Assembly: GCA_963827655.1 (NCBI GenBank)
Contig: CAWHCF010000039.1
Location: forward strand, 1 to 35,391
DNA from: an uncultured Acidobacteriota bacterium
GTDB taxonomy: Bacteria > Acidobacteriota > UBA6911
Direction of reading: 5' to 3'
DNA length: 35,391 nt
The notes beneath the pieces are model-generated. The model saw only the letters and a program-made list of their open reading frames with translations. It did no database searches and had not been told where the DNA came from. The translations under genes were made by a program, and so were the position numbers. Positions 28,457 to 35,391 of the stretch are shown here, one piece after another; the first letter of the stretch is position 1, and each line of letters opens with the position of its first letter.

Positions 28457-28573
28457 AATACCACTAAGACACGAAGTCGCTAAGGTTCGTTCGGGGACTT
28501 CGCCCCGAACGAAAGGCCCTTGTGAACGACAACATGTTGGTTTGAACGTTCACTAAGCGCCTAAGAAACACAA
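28457..28573 (+). repeat. Octamer-periodic repeat + arm interrupted by element B
   Basis: Removing 28484-28564 gives AATACCACTAAG-ACACGAAG-TCGCTAAG-AAACAC, colinear with AATACCACTAAG-ACTCAAAG-CCACGAAG-AAACAC at 13639-13672. Confidence 0.82.
28484..28561. mobile_element. Element B (78 bp double-hairpin insertion), copy 2, flanked by TAA direct repeats
   Basis: TAA at 28481-28483 and 28562-28564; inverted copy of 22908-22986. Confidence 0.82.
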
Positions 28574-28601
28574 TCAGACACATTCACAAGGAGAGATATC
28601 G

Positions 28602-29089
28602 TTGCGAAAATTACGAGCGCTTACATTCAATGTTGGCCTTTGTGCAGTTGTTTTGGCGTCGTGGCACTTGCAGTCCCCGCGTCGGCGGCTGACAGTCAGG
28701 TTGGCACCTGGAAGCTGAATGCCGCAAAGTCCAAGTCCAGCCCTGGTCCTGTTCCGAAGAGCGCAACCCTCAAGATCGAGGCAATCGAGAACGGATATAA
28801 GGTGTCTCTGGACGGCGTCGATGGCCAGGGAAACCCGACCCGCGCGGCGTTCAGCGTGAAGGCCGACGGCAAGGACCACCCTGCAACGGGCCTGCCCTAT
28901 GCCGATACCATCTCGATGAAACGTATCGACGCCGACACGATCCAGACAGTGTCCAAGAAGGGCGGCAAGGTGACAGTCACTACCCGAAGCGTCGTTTCCA
29001 AGGACGGAAAGACACGGACTCTAACGCAGACAGGGAAGAACGAGCAGGGCCAGGACATGAAGAACATCCTGGTATACGACAAGCAATAA
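28602..29089 (+). CDS. Secreted hypothetical beta-rich (lipocalin-like) protein; probable frameshift in signal peptide near 28651
   Basis: AAGGAG RBS before TTG 28602; mature part GTWKLNAAKSK...DGKD.P...VVSKDGKTRTLT..G....N.LVYDKQ. Confidence 0.7.
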
Positions 29090-29163
29090 GCTGTCGTCGC
29101 GGTGGACAAGTGACCGGCATCCGGAGGCCTCGCGCGGCTATCGGAATTTCTCCACCTGAGTTG

Positions 29164-29571
29164 ATGATTAACCAGACGATCTCCCACTATCGAATAACCG
29201 CCAAGCTTGGCGAAGGCGGGATGGGCGAGGTCTATCGCGCCCATGATCCCAGGCTTGGGCGCGACGTCGCGATCAAGATCTGCGCCGAGCGATTCAGCGA
29301 GCACTTCGAGCGCGAGGCGCGGGCGGTCGCTTCATTGAACCATCCCTGTATTTGCACGCTCTACGATGTCGGTCCCGATTACCTCGTGATGGAGCTGGTC
29401 GAGGGGCCGACTCTGGCGGAGCGAATCCGTCAAGGCCCCATTCCGGCGGAAGAGTCGCGGGCCATTGCCCGTCAAATTGCCGATGCACTCGAAGCGGCAC
29501 ATGAGCGAGGCATCGTTCACCGCGGTTTGAAGCCCGCGAACGTGGCCGGATCGCGGCGGAAGGCTATGTGA
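29164..29571 (+). pseudogene. Truncated Ser/Thr kinase (N-lobe to catalytic loop only; HRD replaced by HRG)
   Basis: HYRITAKLGEGGMGEVY, DVAIK, FEREARAVASLNHP and IVHRGLKPANV, then a stop overlapping the next start (GTGA). No DFG or APE motif follows. Confidence 0.8.
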
Positions 29572-32353
29572 TCGGCCAGACCCTGGGTCATTACAGAATC
29601 GAATCGAAGCTGGGTCAGGGCGGCATGGGGGTCGTCTACGCGGCCCGTGATTTGCACCTCGGCCGGCGGGTGGCGATCAAAGTGCTGCCGCCTGCGGCCG
29701 TGGCCGATCCTGACCGGAGGCGGCGCTTTGTTCAAGAAGCCCAGGCCGCTTCCACGCTGAATCACCCTAACATCCTGCACATCTACGACGTCGAAGCGAC
29801 CGGCGCCGAAGACGGTAGTCCGGCGGACTTCATCGCGATGGAGTACGTCTCGGGACGGACGCTCGACCGTCTGATCGCCGGCAGGGGCCTGCCCGTCGAC
29901 CAAGCCTTGCAGTATGCGGCGCAGATTGCCGGAGGCCTCGCCGCCGCGCACGCGGTCGGGATCGTCCACCGCGATCTGAAGCCCGGCAATGTGATGGTGA
30001 ACGAACAGGGTCTGGTCAAGATCCTCGACTTCGGGCTGGCGAAGCTGCTCGAGCCTCTCGAAGCTGATGAGATCGCCAGCACCCAAGCGATCCAGCCGGG
30101 GACCCAGGCGGGCGCGATTCTGGGAACCGTCCCGTACATGTCGCCCGAGCAGGCAGAAGGCAAGAGCGTGGACGCGCGATCGGACATCTTCTCCTTCGGC
30201 GCCGTGCTCTACGAGATGATCACGGGCCGGCGGGCGTTTCCGGGGGACTCCACGGCGACCACGCTCGCCGCCATCCTCCACCAGGAACCGAAGCCCGTTT
30301 CAGAGCTCGTGAAATCCGTGCCACGGGAGCTCGAGCGCATCGTCGGCTCAGTGCTTGAGGAAGGATCCAGCCCGGCGATTCCAGCACCTGGACGATGTCA
30401 AGGTCCTGCTCGATCAGCTCCGGGACGACATCGACCGCGGCAAGGACGCAGTGGGCGGAGAATCCGCCCCGCCCGCGCGCCGGGCGATTGGGCCGCTGGC
30501 GCTCGCTGCCGCGGTCGCGGTGCTTCTTGCGGTGGCGGGATTCGTCTGGTGGAAGACGCGGCCGGCGCCGCCGCACCGAGGGCCGGGGCTCACGCGCTTG
30601 ACCTCCGATAGCGGCCTCACCACCGATCCGGCGCTCTCGTCCGATGGCAGGCTGCTGGCCTACGCCTCCGACCGCGCGGTGACGGCAGGCGCGGAAGACA
30701 ACCTCGACCTCTGGGTGCAGCAGCTCCCTGCCGGCGAACCTCTCCGCCTGACACGCCACGCCGCCGACGACCGCGAGCCCAGCTTCTCGCCCGATGGGAC
30801 GAGGATCGCGTTCCGCTCGGAGCGCGACGGGGGCGGGGTCTATACCATGCTCGGCGCTCGGCGGGGACGAGAGGCTGATCGCACCCTATGGCCGCCGCCC
30901 GGCGTTCTCGCCGGACGGCGAATCCATCGTTTACTGGACCGGCGTCCCGCTCGAATCCCGGGTACGCTGTCAACGGCAAGATCTTCGTCGTGCCTGCCCT
31001 GGGAGGCCAAACCAGGGAGGTGCAGACAGGCGTGGAGAGTGCCGGGCTGCCGGTCTGGTCTCCCGATGGGAAGACGGATCCTGTTCGTGCGTTGGGTGGT
31101 AGAGAGCGGCGCCCGCCGCCGCGGGCCGGAGTGGTGGCTGACCACTCTCGACGGTACCATTACACAGGTTGCCGGCAGCGAGTACTTCGCCGAGCATCGG
31201 CTGACGGAGCCCAACCCGGTGGCCTGGCTGGCGGGCGGAGACCGCGTCGTCTTCACGGCCAGGTTCGCCGACAGCGTCAACGTCTGGCAGGTCCCGATTT
31301 CGACGAAAACGTGGAAGCTCACATCCGCGCCCGAGCGGCTCACCTTCGGCTCCGGCCTCGAGGCCAGGCCTTCGATCGCGGTCCCGGCGGGAGGGAGCGC
31401 GCGGCTGGTGTTTGCAGCCCTGGTCGAGAACATCAACATCTGGGCGCTTCCTCTCGACGCCGCTCAGGGGCAACCCAGCGTCGAGCTCTCCAGGTTGACG
31501 CAGACCGTTGCCTCCGACAGCAATCCCGCGCTCACTCTCGACGGCCGGCGCATGTTCTTCACTTCCAACCGCGCGGGGAACCGGGATATCTGGGTGAAGG
31601 ACCTCGCCAGCGGCAAAGAAACCAACCTCACCAACACCCCGGTGGACGAGTGGAGGCCAACCATCAACGCCGACGGCTCCAAAGTGGCTTACCGGATGAT
31701 GGAGACGCCGTCGCCCTCCATTTACGTTCTGCCCGTCGCCGAGGGCTCCCAGGGCGCGCCTCAGCCGGGTGTAGCGCAGAAGATATCGATACCCGGGCAT
31801 TCTGGGTACCCATGGTCCTGGTCGTCCGACGGCAGAAAGCTTCTCTACAACTGCCCCGCCAGGGAAGCCGTGCGTCTCTTCGATGCGGGATCCGGCGAGA
31901 CGACGCAGGTGCTGGGTCCGCTGTGCTTCCAGGTTCACTTCGCACCGGACGATCGCTGGATTGTCTTTACCCGGCAGTACCCCAACGAGCGTGCAGCCGG
32001 CTTTCATCGCGCCGGTCGATCGCATGACAGCATCGGAAAAGGATTGGATCGCTGTTACCGATCGTGCCACCTCTGTCGTCGCCTCTCCCCGGTGGTCGCC
32101 AGACGGAAACCTGATTTACCTCGTCTCCATGCTTGACGGGTTTCGTTGCATCTGGGCGCAGCGCCTGAACCCTGCCACGAAGCGCCCCGAGGGCTCGCCG
32201 ATTCCCATCTATCACTCCCATGGTTCCCGGCGCAGCTTGCTCAACGTCGGTCTGAACCTGCTGGAGATCTCGGTGGCGCGGGACAAGATAGCCTTCCCGC
32301 TGGGCGAGGTCACCGGCAACCTGTGGACGACGACGCTGGAAGGCGCGAACTGA
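29568..32353 (+). CDS. Membrane Ser/Thr protein kinase with TolB-like (PD40) beta-propeller; about 5 frameshifts (~30345, ~30850, ~30950, ~31070, ~31990)
   Basis: GQGGMGVVY, VAIK, HRDLKPGN, DFGLAK, YMSPEQ and DIFSFG, then CLRKDP..RFQ, a TM helix and repeated P..SPDG..IAF.S motifs. These are spread over ORFs 29568, 30355, 30794, 30888 and 31883. Confidence 0.88.
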
Positions 32354-32407
32354 ACAGCTTCAGAATGCCTTTGGGATCGCTGTTGCGGCCGGGATTCAAT
32401 GCGAAGC

Positions 32408-32440
32408 TATTCTATGGCGTCTTCGCGTCTCTGCGGTAAA
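32408..32440 (-). repeat. Octamer-periodic repeat, single - arm
   Basis: Reverse complement reads TTTACCGCAGAG-ACGCGAAG-ACGCCATAG-AATA. Confidence 0.65.
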
Positions 32441-32497
32441 TCGCCCGCGCGCGGTCACTCAAGGCCAGGCCTGTCCCTTCGCCAAAAATCTCTGCCT

Positions 32498-33607
32498 TTA
32501 CCTGGCTGCCGCGCTGTAAGTCTTGCTGAAGCCATTCCGCGCATTGGTGACTTTGAAGGAACCATCCTGCCCCGCGGACACCTTGATCCAGTAGGCAGTT
32601 CCATTGTGGACCGGCGGCGGAGGAGTACCCGATCCGGGCTGCGGTGGCGGCATCGCGGCCACCGGCATGGTTGGCGGCTGCTCGTCGATCAGGTTGGCAA
32701 TGAACAGTCCCGGCACCGTGTATTCCTGGCCGCTGAGGAGCGAGAAGTGAAGCTGCCAGAGGTCCTCGAGACCGGGAGCCGAATGAATGATCCTCATCGC
32801 GTCAGGTTGTCCGCCCTTGCGGGTACCGTTGTTCATGATCGCAACCCGCGGCTGAATCGCGTGCACGAGCACTTCCGCATTCGAGACCGGCTGCCCGTGA
32901 TGTGAGACCACGAACAGGTCCACGGCGCCGATGCGGTTATCAGGACACATCAGATCGAATTCTTTGTTCCAGGTCAGATCGCCCAGATGCAGGGCGCGAA
33001 ACTTGCCAAACGTAACATGGCTCCCGACCGACTGGGCGTTCTCGGACTTGTCGACATCCTGAGGCTTGAAACCCGCGCAATGCGGATTGGGCCGGCCGGC
33101 GCCTGGGAGCGGCGCCTTGATCACCTCACCCGCCGAAGTCACCACGCGCACGTCAAGACCGGCAACCGGAATTCTGGCGCCCGGCTTCGCGACCGTGTGC
33201 CTGGCCTTGCCGTACAGCTCCGGATAGGTCTTCTGTAGAAACGCGTCGATATTGGGGTTGGGCTGAACGCTCGGGCCATGGTCGATGTAGTGCCCGATCG
33301 GGATGCGAGCCGCGAGCTCGGCCATGCCGCCGAAATGATCGCCGTGCCAGTGGGTGGTGACCAGGTGATCGATCCGCTGGAGGCCGGCATCCTTTACGGC
33401 GGCCATGATGCGATCCACGTCGCGAGCGGCGGCGGCACCCCCGTTTCCCGTATCGATGAGCAGCGACTCACCGGAAGGTGATACGAAGAGCGTGGCGTTG
33501 CCGCCCTCCACGTCCACCAGATAGATGTCCAATGTCTTCGCGCTCCGGGTCTGCGCCATGGAAAACGCCGCTGCGAGAGTGATAAACACTATGGATACGC
33601 GGGTCAT
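32498..33607 (-). CDS. Secreted MBL-fold metallo-hydrolase (ComEC/Rec2-like)
   Basis: IYLVDVEGGNATL, LLIDTG, THWHGDHFGG, LGDL and VSHHG motifs; AGGAGGAGG RBS. Confidence 0.88.
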   Translation of the reverse strand: MTRVSIVFITLAAAFSMAQTRSAKTLDIYLVDVEGGNATLFVSPSGESLLIDTGNGGAAAARDVDRIMAAVKDAGLQRIDHLVTTHWHGDHFGGMAELAARIPIGHYIDHGPSVQPNPNIDAFLQKTYPELYGKARHTVAKPGARIPVAGLDVRVVTSAGEVIKAPLPGAGRPNPHCAGFKPQDVDKSENAQSVGSHVTFGKFRALHLGDLTWNKEFDLMCPDNRIGAVDLFVVSHHGQPVSNAEVLVHAIQPRVAIMNNGTRKGGQPDAMRIIHSAPGLEDLWQLHFSLLSGQEYTVPGLFIANLIDEQPPTMPVAAMPPPQPGSGTPPPPVHNGTAYWIKVSAGQDGSFKVTNARNGFSKTYSAAAR

Positions 33608-33628
33608 AGCCCTCCTCCTGGGGCGACC

Positions 33629-33657
33629 ATCGTATGAACGGCCGGCAGACCTGTCAA
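33629..33657 (-). promoter_or_regulatory. Putative sigma70 promoter of the MBL hydrolase
   Basis: Minus strand TTGACA (33657-33652), 17 bp, TACGAT (33634-33629). Confidence 0.65.
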
Positions 33658-33749
33658 GCGCCGGCAAATAGAGAAGATTTAGTTCCGGGATCTGCCGCCG
33701 GCTTCGCGTACAATCGCCGAATCATTTTCTTGAGCGACGAGGAGCGAGT

Positions 33750-35385
33750 ATGGCGAGACGGCTATGCGTTTTCTCGGTTCCCGTAGTCCTGCTGGTGCTA
33801 AGCGGCAGGCAATCGGCACCCCAGCAGTTCCCGCCAGGTTACGTGGATCCCCGGCCCATCCTGCAGGCGGCCGCGAAGGCCATCGGCGTCGACAGCCTGA
33901 AATGCGTCACCATTTCGGGAACCGGCTATTCCGGTATGGTTGGCCAGCAGCGCCTGAATGACAAGAATGTGGATTGGCCGCGCGGCGAGCCTTTGGCGAA
34001 TTACATTCGGACCATGAACTGGGAAACCGGGACCATGAAGGAGGAATTCGATCGTAAGCCGGGGCTCAACCCGGCGTCATGGAAATACGGTCTGGGGTGG
34101 CTGGGCGGAACACCCCTCCAGCGCGATCCGCATCAGATATTCATGGTCAATGGCAACCATGCCTGGCACATGGATGGAGCCGGGAGCACGCCGATTCCGT
34201 CGCGTCCAGAAGACGCGGAGCTATGGCAGCTCGAGCTGTGGCTCAACCCTCACGGCTTCCTCAAAGCGGCGATGATGCCCGGCGCCAACCCGAAGGCAAC
34301 CTGGCGGTGGGAGCTGGGCGAAATGGGCCGCGACGGGCCGACTACCATACCGGAGAAAGTAGCCGTCGTATCGATTACGGTGCTCGGGAAGTACAGGGTG
34401 GACGCGACCATCAACAAGGAGAACATGCTCCAGCGGATCCACACGTGGGTTCCCGATCCCGTCCTCGGGGATATGAATTACGAACATGAATTCACCAACG
34501 CGAGCTACGTGGATGTCGGTGGCGGGGTGAAGTTTCCGACCGGGTGGCACCACCACGAAGGATGGGATGACAACTACCAGGCCCAGAGCATCAATGCCGG
34601 CCACAATAGTTTTGGCGGCACCTTCAAAGACATCAAACCGAACGCGTGCGCCGACCCGGTAACCATACCCGACATCGGTGCGCCAGGCGACCTTTCCGGT
34701 ACGGGTCGAGGCGCAAAAGCTGGCAGAGGGAGTGCATCTGCTGGGCGGCGCCTCGCACAACAGCGTGGCGGTCGAATTCAAAGATTTCGTGGCGGTCGTC
34801 GAGGCGCCCCTCGACGAGAAACGGAACCTGGCGGTGATCGAAGAAATCGTGAAACTCGTCCCCAACAAGCCGATCCGGTTCCTGGTGAACACGCACCAGC
34901 ATCATGATCACATCGGCGGACTCCGCACCTACATGCATATAGGCGCTACCATCATCACGCACTGGAAAAATTTCTCCTTCTACACTCGCGACGTTTTGAA
35001 CTACGCGCCCCGGACCTTGCAACCGGACATGGTGTCGCTGTGGCCGCCGACCGAGCTCGCCGAGGGCTACCAGTACGAGCAGGTGACGGAAAACTATGTG
35101 TTGAGCGATGGAACGCGAAACATGAACATCTATTACGTCCATCCCCTCGCGCACGTCGAGGGCATGTTAATGGCGTATCTCCCGAAGGAGAAGATCGTGA
35201 TCGAAGCGGACCTTTTCGATACACATGCGCCGCCTTCGACCCCTGCCACCGAAGCTAACAAGAGTTTGTACAATCAAGTGCAAACGCTGAAGCTCGACGT
35301 CTCCACGATCGTACCCATCCACGGGCGGCCGGTTCCGTGGACCGATTTCTTGAAAGTCATGGGCCGCACCGCCAAAACAAATTAG
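33750..35385 (+). CDS. Secreted protein with C-terminal MBL-fold domain; frameshift near 34675
   Basis: GAGGAG RBS and signal peptide. Removing one A in ccc-gac-(a)-tcg gives PDSVRQATFP and joins ORF 34678..35385 (VVEAP, VNTHQHHDHIGG, EADL, IVPIHG). Confidence 0.85.
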
Positions 35386-35391
35386 AAGCGC

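Noticed and set aside
5756-32440. Octamer repeats as a CRISPR array
   Set aside because: Copies are dispersed kilobases apart, degenerate and in both orientations. There is no repeat-spacer periodicity and no cas gene.

Overview
GC-rich bacterial window. The gene content (Ser/Thr kinase-beta-propeller, planctomycete-type cytochrome c/ankyrin fusion, DUF481 barrels, secreted MBL proteins) suggests Acidobacteriota or a similar soil/sediment lineage (inference). Left end: a two-component locus (degenerate HATPase tail, Rcp1-like receiver, REC-REC-multiPAS-HisKA_3 hybrid kinase, NarL-type regulator). Next is an envelope/stress block (DUF1269, an unannotated MscS remnant, two DUF481 barrels, PPK2, a large MscS, BASS symporter, DUF1622, formylglycine-generating enzyme, OM barrel). 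Then come an M48 peptidase, an HdeD-metallophosphoesterase fusion, MaoC, MFS, 1-Cys peroxiredoxin, arylsulfatase, an orphan Phd antitoxin, a cytochrome c-ankyrin-alpha/alpha-barrel fusion, a truncated plus a full Ser/Thr kinase and two MBL-fold proteins. At least 8 genes carry single-base frameshifts, most likely long-read errors. The most striking signal is non-coding. An 8-bp-periodic repeat (ACCACGAAG-ACACGAAG-ACACGAAG-AAAC-like) occurs at about 10 intergenic sites, and its strong arms alternate in orientation so that the region 5.7-23.9 kb is cut into gene blocks with inward-facing arms. A separate 78-79 bp hairpin element sits twice at the same position and orientation inside that repeat. 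There are also two copies of a TIR-bounded MITE and a heptamer-based inverted repeat. No transposase, recombinase, rRNA, tRNA or CRISPR array was seen.
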